Positions 55,943 through 64,000 of a stretch of DNA of 64,000 bases are shown in pieces. The first letter of the stretch is position 1, and every line of letters begins with the position of its first letter. Location of the stretch: positions 37,140 to 101,139 of the forward strand of contig JALONR010000013.1 of NCBI GenBank assembly GCA_025454815.1, read 5' to 3'. This stretch comes from Bacteroidales bacterium (GTDB lineage Bacteria; Bacteroidota; Bacteroidia; Bacteroidales; VadinHA17). The notes beneath the pieces are model-generated. The model was not told the origin of the DNA. It saw nothing but the letters and a program-made list of their open reading frames with translations, and did no database searches. The position numbers and the translations under genes were made by a program.

Positions 55943-57358
55943 ATGTCATTCATTAACCACGATCTCAGGTACAAGGTAAAGGATATATCACAGGCTGATT
56001 TCGGCCGTAAGGAAATAGAGATAGCAGAGAAGGAGATGCCGGGACTCCTTTCAATCAGGCACAAGTATTCAGCCACGAAGCCGCTTAAGGGTGCGAGGAT
56101 CACCGGATCGCTTCACATGACCATTCAGACGGCGGTGCTGATTGAAACCCTGAAGGAACTCGGTGCTGATGTCAGGTGGGCAAGCTGCAACATCTTCTCA
56201 ACACAGGATCATGCCGCAGCTGCCATCGCTGCCGCCGGAATACCCGTTTTTGCATGGAAGGGTGAGACACTGGAGGAATACTGGTGGTGCACCGCACAGG
56301 CTCTTTCATTCCCTGAAGGGAAGGGCCCGAACCTTATTGTGGATGACGGCGGCGATGCTTCACTGCTTGTACATATGGGCTACAAGGCGGAGAAGGACCG
56401 GTCAGTGCTGGATGCTAAACCTGCAAGCCGGGAAGAGGCTATAGTACTTGACACTCTTAAAACGATACTCGGGGAAGACCCTGAAAAATGGCACAGGACT
56501 GTCAGGGAGATGAAGGGAATCTCAGAGGAGACAACTACCGGCGTGCACCGCCTGTACCAGATGCTGGAAGCCGGTGAGCTCCTTGTTCCTGCAATAAATG
56601 TCAACGATTCAGTAACCAAAAGCAAGTTTGACAACTTGTATGGCTGCCGTGAATCCCTCGCTGACGGTATCAAGAGGGCTACGGATGTCATGATAGCAGG
56701 AAAGGTTGTTGTTGTCTGCGGATACGGTGACGTGGGCAAGGGATCTGCAAGATCAATGAGATCATATGGTGCAAGGGTGATTGTGACTGAAATAGATCCC
56801 ATCTGCGCACTCCAGGCTGCAATGGAAGGATTCGAGGTCAGGACGGTGGAAGAGGCGCTTCCTGAAGGCAATATTTTCGTGACCGCGACCGGCAACCGCG
56901 ATGTCATAACCATTGAGCACCTCGAAAAGATGAAAGACCAGGCTATCGTTTGCAATATCGGCCATTTTGACAACGAGATACAGGTTGACGCCCTGAATGA
57001 CTACAAGGGTATCAGAAAGATCAATATCAAGCCCCAGGTAGACAAGTATGTTTTTCCTGACGGACATGCGATATTCCTTCTGGCAGAGGGCAGGCTCGTA
57101 AACCTGGGCTGCGCCACCGGACACCCCTCGTTTGTGATGAGCAATTCATTCAGTAACCAGACGCTCGCACAGATAGACCTGTGGACCGGCAACTATGAGA
57201 TTGGCGTTTACAGGCTGCCGAAGCAGCTCGACGAGGAAGTGGCACGGCTTCATCTTGCACAGCTGGGCGTTCATCTCACAAAGATGACCAGGGCACAGGC
57301 TGACTATATCGGAGTCCCTGCCGGGGGCCCGTACAAGCCGGAACACTACAGGTACTGA
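55943..57358 (+). CDS. ahcY: Adenosylhomocysteinase
   Basis: [29 protein letters not shown]-binding [14 protein letters not shown], and C-terminal …YKPEHYRY. The ATG at 55943 is preferred to the track start, which overlaps ribF. Confidence 0.95.
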   Translation: MSFINHDLRYKVKDISQADFGRKEIEIAEKEMPGLLSIRHKYSATKPLKGARITGSLHMTIQTAVLIETLKELGADVRWASCNIFSTQDHAAAAIAAAGIPVFAWKGETLEEYWWCTAQALSFPEGKGPNLIVDDGGDASLLVHMGYKAEKDRSVLDAKPASREEAIVLDTLKTILGEDPEKWHRTVREMKGISEETTTGVHRLYQMLEAGELLVPAINVNDSVTKSKFDNLYGCRESLADGIKRATDVMIAGKVVVVCGYGDVGKGSARSMRSYGARVIVTEIDPICALQAAMEGFEVRTVEEALPEGNIFVTATGNRDVITIEHLEKMKDQAIVCNIGHFDNEIQVDALNDYKGIRKINIKPQVDKYVFPDGHAIFLLAEGRLVNLGCATGHPSFVMSNSFSNQTLAQIDLWTGNYEIGVYRLPKQLDEEVARLHLAQLGVHLTKMTRAQADYIGVPAGGPYKPEHYRY

Positions 57359-57363
57359 AACCT

Positions 57364-57849
57364 CTATTTCCTGTTCCAGACCCTCAGACTGTAGCCGGTG
57401 AAGGAGGTGTGGTAATTCTTGAGATAATACTGCCCTGGTCCGCTCTGCGGTAATCCTGATGCCCCCATGGCATAATTTGTGGAGCATCTCGGGCAGACAG
57501 CGTATACGGCATCCACATTAACCGCCACGCTAACCCCTTCGGTTGAATAGCAGTGCGGACAGGTCCGGTCGAAAGCAGAATATTCAAAACCCTGAAGGCC
57601 GGTATTGTACACGATGATTCCGTTTCCGTCAAAACCCGCGGTACCCAGTCCCAGGTGCCTGTGAGAAGAGGAGATGAGGGAACTGGTTCCAGGAGAATAG
57701 AGGAGGTCAAAAAATTCCGGGTCGGAAAACGTGATTGTGAAATCAACCGTGATGTCAGGAATCACCTCGTTTTTATCCCTGTCACATGATATTGTGATCA
57801 TGACAACCAGGGCAAAGATGAAAAAATATCTTATTTTTGAAACTGACAT
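57364..57849 (-). CDS. Hypothetical lipoprotein with a Rieske-fold-like C-terminal region carrying CPHC…CPRC
   Basis: Signal …MITISC. FDRTCPHCYSTEGVSVAVNVDAVYAVCPRCSTNY…GP…L has the spacing of Rieske CxH…CxxH, but the second motif lacks His. Confidence 0.5.
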   Translation of the reverse strand: MSVSKIRYFFIFALVVMITISCDRDKNEVIPDITVDFTITFSDPEFFDLLYSPGTSSLISSSHRHLGLGTAGFDGNGIIVYNTGLQGFEYSAFDRTCPHCYSTEGVSVAVNVDAVYAVCPRCSTNYAMGASGLPQSGPGQYYLKNYHTSFTGYSLRVWNRK

Positions 57850-57913
57850 GGGCTTATTTCCGTTTCTGTAAAAGTAGTTATTTCTCTTCTGAGCTGTTTA
57901 CGATAAGAACGAA

Positions 57914-58513
57914 ATGAAGAAAGGGATAGTATCGGTAAGGATTGTTGCCGCACTTGTGGTACTGTTTTTTGTGGTACAGGTAACTGACTGCCATGCCCAG
58001 CGCAATGCAACGAAGCGGTTTGAGAAGGAAACCTTCGGGAAATCGCGCCGCGGCGCCCCCGTGAAGCAGGGAGGTGAAAGCAGGGCCGCTGCAAAGGCCA
58101 TGAAGGAGCAGGAGAAGAAGGAGGCCCGGCGTGACAGGGAGGATGCAAAGGCACTGGAGGAGAAGAGGGAGAGGCACCTTGAGATCCAGAGCGAGAAGAC
58201 GAAAATGCGGATGGAAAACAACAGCAGAAACACTGCTGAGAAGTACAAGGTAAAAAGACAAAAGGAACGGAGGGAGCAGACCAAGCCGGAACTGAATAAA
58301 CCCCGGCAGCCTGAACGTGACAAAGTCAATACAAATGTAAAGTCAAAGGACCCGGCCAGGCAGCCTGAACTGAAGCAACAGAAGCAAAAGGCGAGGTCAA
58401 AGACAAAGGATCCCTCAAAACAGCCTGCGCTGAAGCAGCAAAAGAAAAAGGCAAATACCGTGGATCCGAAGAAACAGCCCAGGCTTAAACAGCACAGGAT
58501 AAAGAAATACTGA
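57914..58513 (+). CDS. Secreted, extremely Lys/Glu/Gln-rich repeat protein (hypothetical)
   Basis: Signal MKKGIVSVRIVAALVVLFFVV…CHA, then charged low complexity with repeats K(D/T)P(A/S)(R/K)QP(E/A)LKQQK.KA. Confidence 0.6.
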   Translation: MKKGIVSVRIVAALVVLFFVVQVTDCHAQRNATKRFEKETFGKSRRGAPVKQGGESRAAAKAMKEQEKKEARRDREDAKALEEKRERHLEIQSEKTKMRMENNSRNTAEKYKVKRQKERREQTKPELNKPRQPERDKVNTNVKSKDPARQPELKQQKQKARSKTKDPSKQPALKQQKKKANTVDPKKQPRLKQHRIKKY

Positions 58514-58518
58514 AGAAG

Positions 58519-59139
58519 ATGGAAGATATTGGCAGTTTGATTTTTTATGTATTACTGGGGATCATTGCCCTGGCAGGCTCCATTCAGGGCAAGGGTAAAA
58601 AGAAACCTGCGGCACCAAAACCTGCAGCACCGAAACAGGTACAGCGCCGGCCTGAGGCCACTGCTTCCAGGCCAACGGTAAGGAGTACCACTGCTGCAAC
58701 ACGGTCCGAACCATCCCCGGCAAGACCTGCCCCCCCGGCCTCAAAACCGTCACCATGGTTTATCCCGGCCGGAACGGAAGGAAGATACGAAGAACCTATG
58801 GCTTCCCAGTTCGAAAGGGAGGGAACAATTGGAGAACCAATGGCAGGTGAATTCAGCTTTGAAGGTTCATACAGGAATACCCTCGCTGAAGCTTTCGCCC
58901 GGGAGGGCTCCATTGCGGATTCAATGGCCACTGCTTTCTCATCTGAGGGTGTTTCGTCACTGGGCGATTCTGCAATTGGCGAATTTGTTCATACTGAGAT
59001 ATCAGACAGCGAGATAGGAGATGCTCCGGCCTTCGATTACGAGGCAGGCCCGGGTGCAGAAATCCATTCAGGAGGATTTGACCTGAAAAAAGCCGTGATT
59101 TTTTCGGCTGTCCTTGACAGAAAAGAGTACTCCTATTGA
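58519..59139 (+). CDS. Hypothetical membrane-anchored protein with a KPAAP linker and repeated F..EG motifs
   Basis: One N-terminal TM (LIFYVLLGIIALAGSI), KKKPAAPKPAAPK and a Pro/Ala-rich linker. Then the repeats QFEREGTIGEPMAGEFSFEGS…AFAREGSIADSMATAFSSEG. Confidence 0.55.
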   Translation: MEDIGSLIFYVLLGIIALAGSIQGKGKKKPAAPKPAAPKQVQRRPEATASRPTVRSTTAATRSEPSPARPAPPASKPSPWFIPAGTEGRYEEPMASQFEREGTIGEPMAGEFSFEGSYRNTLAEAFAREGSIADSMATAFSSEGVSSLGDSAIGEFVHTEISDSEIGDAPAFDYEAGPGAEIHSGGFDLKKAVIFSAVLDRKEYSY

Positions 59140-59191
59140 TTTACTGATAATTACTTCAGCAGAGGGATTTGGTTTTTAATTAATAATTCTT

Positions 59192-59199
59192 TATATTTG
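59192..59199 (+). promoter_or_regulatory. Bacteroidota -7 promoter box (TAnnTTTG) for greA
   Basis: tatatttg lies 63 nt upstream of the ATG at 59262. Confidence 0.35.
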
Positions 59200-59261
59200 T
59201 TCTTTGAAGAGTTCCGGTAATGCCGGGATTCTTCTTATTTTTTAACCTTTTAAGTAAAGTT

Positions 59262-59732
59262 ATGTCGGAATTTGTATATGTAACGGAAGAGGGGCTCCAG
59301 AAGATGAAGGAGGAGCTTGATCTGCTCCGTAATGAAAGGCCGGCTATTGCAAGAATGATTGCCGATGCGCGCGACAAGGGCGACCTTACCGAGAATGCCG
59401 AATACTCTGCAGCCAAGGAGGCTCAGGGCATGCTCGAAATGAAGATCGCCCGGCTGGAAGACCAGGTAGCAAGATCACGCATTATCGACGGCTCCAGGAT
59501 CAATACCATAACGGTGCAGATCCTCAATAAGGTCAGGATTCGCAACAGAGCCAGCGGTGCTGTATTGGCCTACCAGCTTGTCCCTGAAGGGGAGGCCAAC
59601 CTCAAGGAAGGAAAGATTGCCGCCACCTCACCCATTGCACAGGGAATAATGGGAAGGAAGGTCGGTGATGTGGTAGAGGTGAAGGTACCTGCCGGTACTA
59701 TCCCTTTTGAGATTATTGAGATATCAATCTGA
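59262..59732 (+). CDS. greA: Transcription elongation factor GreA
   Basis: VTEEGLQKMKEELDLLRNERPAIARMIADARDKGDLTENAEYSAAKEAQGMLEMKIARLE plus the C-terminal FKBP-like domain. The ATG at 59262 is preferred to 59220. Confidence 0.93.
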   Translation: MSEFVYVTEEGLQKMKEELDLLRNERPAIARMIADARDKGDLTENAEYSAAKEAQGMLEMKIARLEDQVARSRIIDGSRINTITVQILNKVRIRNRASGAVLAYQLVPEGEANLKEGKIAATSPIAQGIMGRKVGDVVEVKVPAGTIPFEIIEISI

Positions 59733-59744
59733 AAATTTCCCGGT

Positions 59745-60143
59745 ATGGCATCAATCTTCACACGGATCATTAACGGAGAGATCCCCTGTTACAGGGTGGC
59801 GGAGAACGACCGCTACATGGCCTTCCTTGATGTGAGGCCGCTCAAACCTGGTCATACCCTTGTGGTACCGAAGAGAGAGGTGGACTATATATTCGATTTG
59901 GACGAAGAGGCTCTTGCCGGGATGATGATCTTTGCCCAGAAGGTAGCCCGGGCAATGAAGGAGGTCATTGAGTGCAACAGGATCGGTGTGGCAGTGATAG
60001 GGCTCGAGGTGCCACATGCCCATATACACCTTGTTCCTATTACCAGGGAAGGTGATATGCTCCTTTCCAACCCGAGGGTATCACTTTCGCAGCAGGAAAA
60101 TGAAAGACTTGCCCGGGAGATAGGAGCGAATGTAAGACTCTGA
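59745..60143 (+). CDS. HIT-family (histidine triad) nucleotide hydrolase
   Basis: IFTRIINGEIPCY…, PGHTLVVPK, and the triad HAHIHLVP. Confidence 0.92.
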   Translation: MASIFTRIINGEIPCYRVAENDRYMAFLDVRPLKPGHTLVVPKREVDYIFDLDEEALAGMMIFAQKVARAMKEVIECNRIGVAVIGLEVPHAHIHLVPITREGDMLLSNPRVSLSQQENERLAREIGANVRL

Positions 60144-60162
60144 CAATCAGTATGTGATAAAA

Positions 60163-60194
60163 AAAGAGGCTGTCTCGTCTGAGGCAGCCTCTTT
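60163..60194. terminator. Bidirectional intrinsic terminator between convergent genes
   Basis: Perfect 10-bp stem aaagaggctg / cagcctcttt with a 12-nt loop. A-run on the left and T-run on the right. Confidence 0.7.
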
Positions 60195-60211
60195 CTATTA
60201 TCAGCAACTTG

Positions 60212-60529
60212 TTACTTCTTGCCTGCGCAGCAGGGAGCGGCAGCCGCGGCACCTTCCCTGGCCGGAACCACTTCACCCTTCTTGTCGCCGCATCCTGCAG
60301 CTGATGGACACTTAGAACAGTCTGTGCCTTTAACGGCAGCAGCTTCATCTTTCTTGCATGCATCAGCCGTTGAGCCGCATACATCACACTTGCTGTCTTT
60401 GTTCTTATCGACAAAGGTGCACTCACTTTTCTTGTGCTTCTTTTCCTTGTCGGTAGTCTGGGCATAGACACCTGCAGCCACAACCATCAGAGCGATGAGA
60501 ATAAGGCTGCCAATCATCCATTTCTTCAT
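60212..60529 (-). CDS. Small secreted Cys/Lys-rich protein (hypothetical, possible metal binder)
   Basis: Signal MKKWMIGSLILIALMVVAAGVYA. The ~80-aa mature part has 10 Cys, including CDVC and a terminal PCCAGKK. The ATG at 60529 is preferred. Confidence 0.6.
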   Translation of the reverse strand: MKKWMIGSLILIALMVVAAGVYAQTTDKEKKHKKSECTFVDKNKDSKCDVCGSTADACKKDEAAAVKGTDCSKCPSAAGCGDKKGEVVPAREGAAAAAPCCAGKK

Positions 60530-60639
60530 AAAGATCTTAATTGGTTTATTTAATAACGTCCGCAATATAGAAAAGTTTTAAATACGGCAATCAATTCCAT
60601 GCAAATATCATACCTTTAACAGTCCGTTTCGGCTGCAAA

Positions 60640-61350
60640 GTGTCTCATATTAAAGATATTGCTGACGACTTTCTGAGTCTGTTCCTGCCACGGCCATGCC
60701 TGGCATGCGGTGCTCACCTGGTAAGGGGAGAGGAGGTGCTGTGCACCGGTTGTTTCCTTGACATGGCCCGCACTGACTTTCACCTTCGCCGGGGAAACAT
60801 GCTTGAGCAGGCCTTCTGGGGCAGATGCCCGGTGGAAAAGGCAGCAGCTTTCTCGGTTTACAATCGCGGCAGCCGTATAAGGAAACTGGTTCACATGCTC
60901 AAATACTCAGGGAGGAAGGATGTCGGCATCATGCTGGGCACCCTCTACGGATCAGTGCTTGCAGGAAGCGGATTCACTGAAGGAATGGATATGATAATTC
61001 CCGTGCCGCTTGATCCTGCCAGGGAGAGAAGAAGGGGCTACAACCAGAGCCGGTGCATAGCTGAAGGATTAGCTTCACGATGCCACCTTCCGGTCAGGTG
61101 TGACATCCTGTTCCGCTCCGGCCGGTCTGATTCACAGACCAGGAGGGGGAGGTATGAGAGATGGGAGAATGTGGAAGGCCTTTTTGCAGTCAGGAAACCC
61201 GGCGAAATTACCGGCAGGCATCTGCTGCTGGTAGATGATGTCATAACCACAGGCTCAACGGTGGAAGCGTGCGTGACAGCCCTTCAGTCTGCTGAAGGGG
61301 TAAAGGTCAGTGTGGCAGCACTGGCAGCAGCACAGAAGCTTACTGTCTGA
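60640..61350 (+). CDS. comF: ComF-family protein (phosphoribosyltransferase fold)
   Basis: N-terminal Cys pairs CLACG…CTGC and the PRT motif LLLVDDVITTGSTVEA. GTG start. Confidence 0.85.
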   Translation: MSHIKDIADDFLSLFLPRPCLACGAHLVRGEEVLCTGCFLDMARTDFHLRRGNMLEQAFWGRCPVEKAAAFSVYNRGSRIRKLVHMLKYSGRKDVGIMLGTLYGSVLAGSGFTEGMDMIIPVPLDPARERRRGYNQSRCIAEGLASRCHLPVRCDILFRSGRSDSQTRRGRYERWENVEGLFAVRKPGEITGRHLLLVDDVITTGSTVEACVTALQSAEGVKVSVAALAAAQKLTV

Positions 61351-61427
61351 TTCTTCCTGTCAGCCAGACCCGTCCCTGTGGTCCTGTAGTCTGGTACTGC
61401 CACGCTCTCCGGCATATGATCGGAGGT

Positions 61428-61991
61428 CTACTGTTTGATCCTGTCGCTGTTTTTCCTGAGATAGTCTGACCAGTTCCTGTATTCCTTTGCCGCCGCAGGC
61501 TTGCAACTCTGGTAATAATGACACAGGGCTGCTCCAAGCGCATCAGTGGCATCAAGCACCATCGGCTCACCACGGAAGGAGAGGATCGTCCGGAGCATAG
61601 AAGCCACCTGCTCCTTGCTGGCCTGCCCCTGGCCGGTGATTGACATCTTGATCATACGGGGGGCATACTCAAAGACAGGCAGGTCACGGTATAACGCCGC
61701 AGCGATGGCGGCACCCTGGGCCCTGCCCAGCTTGAGCATGCTCTGTACGTTCTTCCCGAAAAAGGGAGCCTCAACCGCAAACTCGTCAGGATGATGCCTG
61801 TCAATAAGCTCAAGTGTCTGCTCAAAAATTGTCCGGATCTTCCTGAAGTGATCCTGTTCCTTCCTGAGATCAATGATGCCAAGCGTAATAAGGGAAGGAC
61901 TCCTGCCTGATACACTTATCAGCCCGTAACCCGTGACGGTGGTTCCGGGGTCAATGCCCAGGATGATCCTCTCCGGCTTATTCCCACTCAC
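61428..61991 (-). CDS. ruvC: Crossover junction endodeoxyribonuclease RuvC
   Basis: RIILGIDPGTTVTGYG…, …EAPFFGKNVQS…, …ATDALGAALCH. GTG start at 61991, overlapping the TGA of the S41 gene (GTGA). The track's longer ATG start lies inside the upstream gene. Confidence 0.88.
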   Translation of the reverse strand: MSGNKPERIILGIDPGTTVTGYGLISVSGRSPSLITLGIIDLRKEQDHFRKIRTIFEQTLELIDRHHPDEFAVEAPFFGKNVQSMLKLGRAQGAAIAAALYRDLPVFEYAPRMIKMSITGQGQASKEQVASMLRTILSFRGEPMVLDATDALGAALCHYYQSCKPAAAKEYRNWSDYLRKNSDRIKQ

Positions 61992-63325
61992 TTCCTGAAC
62001 GGTTGCGGTGGACCAAGGAACAGCTCCGTAGGCAACTGGTCTCCTTCCGACCATATGCGGTTTCGCTTCATCGGAACGGCAGAAGCCGATTTAGTCCCGG
62101 CAAGGACCCCGATGGCAGCGCTGAGAGATGCCTCCTGCGGATCCCCGAAATCACGCGTAATGTCATCGGCCGCCCGTACATCCGGTGGAATCCCGTCGTA
62201 GAAACGGCCCTGATCCGTTGCATTGAGGTATTCAAAAGTGATGGGGGCGAAGACATATTCGTAATCCGGGTTCGGATCACTGTCAGACGGGAACGGGAAA
62301 CCCCAGATGTTCATCCCGGCCGGCTTGCCATGAGTGGTATCTCCCACAATCTTCACGTCAACATACGGACTCAGGCTGTTTATGACCACCTCACTGGCTG
62401 AAGCCGAACTGCGGGTGGTGATGAAGACAACGCGGTCAAGACCAAGCGGGCTTTCCGTCCTCACGAACTTGTAGCTTTCATTCCATTCCGGCCCGACAAG
62501 ACTGTTGTATGTCAGCTTGTAACACACTTTTGTTGTATCATCCCACGTCAGCACCAGGCTTGAAAGCTGCTGTGCTATATCCATGTAACCTCCGGTATTG
62601 TATCGCAGGTCAATGATGAGATCGGTGACATTGTTGGCCTTGAAATTGGCAAAAGCTTCATTAAGCTCCTGCTCTGAAGGTTCAATAAAGGTCTCAAAGC
62701 AGAGATATCCGGTTTTGCCGCTGGCAAGGTCTAGTATCTTTGTGGCTGTCACCGAGTTGATGGTAAAGCTTGACTTGGTGGAGGTGTATGTCAGTTCCTG
62801 TCCGTCAGGATTGACAAACTTGAACTTGTTTGTAACGCCTGCGGTTGACGGCCCCATGAGGTTATTGTATGCGGAGGTGTTTCCGGACACGAAGATGGGT
62901 GCTACCGGAGTGTCATTGATCTCCTTGACAATCCATCCTCTCCTTACACCTTTGGGCCACAGGTCAGAACCTTCATAAAGGCTCACTACCCTCACATTGT
63001 TGGCCGGATCAAGGCTCATCCTGATCCCGTGTCCAACGAAGCTTCCCTGCATGGAGGCCATGAAACTCTCATAGTCGGTTACAAAGCTCCACCTGTCCTG
63101 GGGTTTGTACCTTAAAGCCTCGAGTATTTCATCAGGGGTCTCATAGTCAGATGCCTTAACCGTAGGCATCCTGTTATACCAGAGGTAGACATATTTCATC
63201 AGGTCATAAAGACCGTCACGAGCGCGCTCTTCCAGAGTGTAAACATCTTCGGGATCCTCCGGGTCCTTTTTACATCCGGTGAGAACAGGAATAAAAAGGA
63301 GTGTTATCAGAAGTAGTTTCTTCAT
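61988..63325 (-). CDS. S41-family peptidase lipoprotein
   Basis: Signal …IPVLTGC. PDZ-like region (…GWIVKEINDTPV). S41 core LIIDLRYNTGGY… and TRSSASASEVVIN. Confidence 0.85.
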   Translation of the reverse strand: MKKLLLITLLFIPVLTGCKKDPEDPEDVYTLEERARDGLYDLMKYVYLWYNRMPTVKASDYETPDEILEALRYKPQDRWSFVTDYESFMASMQGSFVGHGIRMSLDPANNVRVVSLYEGSDLWPKGVRRGWIVKEINDTPVAPIFVSGNTSAYNNLMGPSTAGVTNKFKFVNPDGQELTYTSTKSSFTINSVTATKILDLASGKTGYLCFETFIEPSEQELNEAFANFKANNVTDLIIDLRYNTGGYMDIAQQLSSLVLTWDDTTKVCYKLTYNSLVGPEWNESYKFVRTESPLGLDRVVFITTRSSASASEVVINSLSPYVDVKIVGDTTHGKPAGMNIWGFPFPSDSDPNPDYEYVFAPITFEYLNATDQGRFYDGIPPDVRAADDITRDFGDPQEASLSAAIGVLAGTKSASAVPMKRNRIWSEGDQLPTELFLGPPQPFRK

Positions 63326-63466
63326 TTGTCTGCTTATTTATAATTTGTTGATCAGGTGGAACTTGCATGACATTCAACCGTCAAATACCCTTGCAGGTAT
63401 GTGCTTTTGCAGGTTTCCTTCCCGGACCAATTAATTGCAAAAGTAACAAAAAATGTGCCGATTGGT

Positions 63467-64000
63467 TTAGGCCCGTTTTGCCCTGTTCTGGTAGATGACG
63501 CTGCCAATTATCAGCAGCAGGCCGACCAGTGTTGTGTAGTAGATGGGCTCATCGATAATAAAATGGAGAAGTACCAGGGATACAAAGGGGGCGAAATAGA
63601 CCAGGTTGCTCACCTTATCGGTTGTTTCGGAAAGCTGCAGTGCTTTCAGCCACAGCCAGAAGGTTATACCCATCTCGAAGAATCCGCAGTAGACGGATGC
63701 TGCAACTCCTTTCAGGCTTATCTGTTGGGAGAATGAGCCCCCTGCAATCATCAGGATGAGCATGTAGATTGATCCGAAGAGGAAACTGGTAAAGAGTTTA
63801 ACGGAATCGTCGCGTTTGTCGCGTACATTCAGGACGAAGTACAGGGCCCATAGCACACCGCTTACCAGTGCCAGCATAACGCCGGTTGTATCTGACCGGC
63901 CGGGGTTGAGCGGCGCCCCCTGTGAGGCAATAATGTAAACACCGATCAGGCTGATAAAGAGCGCGATGAAGCTGCGTGCCGGGATGCGCTGACCTAAAAG
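63467..64000 (-). CDS. EamA/DMT-family transporter (5' end outside the window)
   Basis: The frame is open to the window edge (…LLGQRIPARSFIALFISLIGVYII…). Multiple TM helices. The C-terminal half is typical of EamA repeats. Confidence 0.8.
   Translation of the reverse strand, partial: LLGQRIPARSFIALFISLIGVYIIASQGAPLNPGRSDTTGVMLALVSGVLWALYFVLNVRDKRDDSVKLFTSFLFGSIYMLILMIAGGSFSQQISLKGVAASVYCGFFEMGITFWLWLKALQLSETTDKVSNLVYFAPFVSLVLLHFIIDEPIYYTTLVGLLLIIGSVIYQNRAKRA

Noticed and set aside
55444-56103. Minus-strand 219-aa ORF spanning the ribF/ahcY junction
   Set aside because: It is antisense to two strongly supported housekeeping genes.
57831-58329. Three overlapping minus-strand ORFs (107-143 aa) opposite the K/E-rich gene
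   Set aside because: They arise from purine-rich repeat codons on the plus strand. They overlap each other in different frames and lack starts with plausible signals.
1-64000. tRNA, rRNA, tmRNA, and retron, DGR, toxin-antitoxin or known defence modules
   Set aside because: Scanning the intergenic regions and the ORF translations revealed no cloverleaf-like sequences and no reverse transcriptase, nuclease-helicase, Cas or classic TA protein signatures.

Overview
This is a Bacteroidota-style chromosomal segment. The evidence is a SusC/SusD pair, many lipoprotein signal peptides ending in Cys, TAnnTTTG -7 promoter boxes and DUF4249/TonB-receptor modules. Most of it is about 50% GC by eye. I found no rRNA, tRNA, CRISPR array, integrase or transposase.

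Content from left to right:
- A SusC/SusD pair followed by an ankyrin-metallophosphatase.
- A methanogen-type homocysteine biosynthesis operon (COG1900/HcyBio, NIL-ferredoxin, UPF0280) on the minus strand, behind a clear SAM-I riboswitch.
- Small housekeeping genes (EEP, DUF1801, VOC).
- A TetR-TolC-HlyD-2xABC-ATPase-2xABC-2-permease exporter operon.
- An esterase, pirin and crcB.
- A visibly AT-rich island of about 5.6 kb that splits the DUF190 gene next to crcB. It carries six co-directional redox, hydrolase and methyltransferase genes, with gene remnants at both edges.
- A small membrane-protein/XRE pair, an LVIVD+DUF4114 lipoprotein and a decayed XRE remnant.
- comM, an orphan tandem SiaB-like GHKL protein and lpxH.
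- Two tandem DUF4369-thioredoxin paralogues, one of which has lost its CxxC motif.
- A eukaryote-like glycogen cluster: GDE, GT4, a GH57 with a histone-H1-like tail, a GT3-GT35 synthase-phosphorylase fusion, and a frameshifted GH13 branching enzyme.
- An uncharacterised four-gene outer-membrane operon: secreted protein, STN/CarbopepD TonB receptor, DUF4249 and an MG2-like giant protein.
- ribF, ahcY, several low-complexity or Cys-rich secreted hypotheticals, greA, a HIT gene, comF, ruvC, an S41 peptidase and a partial EamA transporter.

The most unusual items are the island that disrupts DUF190, the riboswitch-controlled sulfide-type homocysteine operon, the GT3-GT35 fusion cluster, and the TonB-receptor/DUF4249/MG2-like operon. 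No recognisable defence or mobile system was found. All family assignments come from motif recognition by eye and need HMM or BLAST confirmation.
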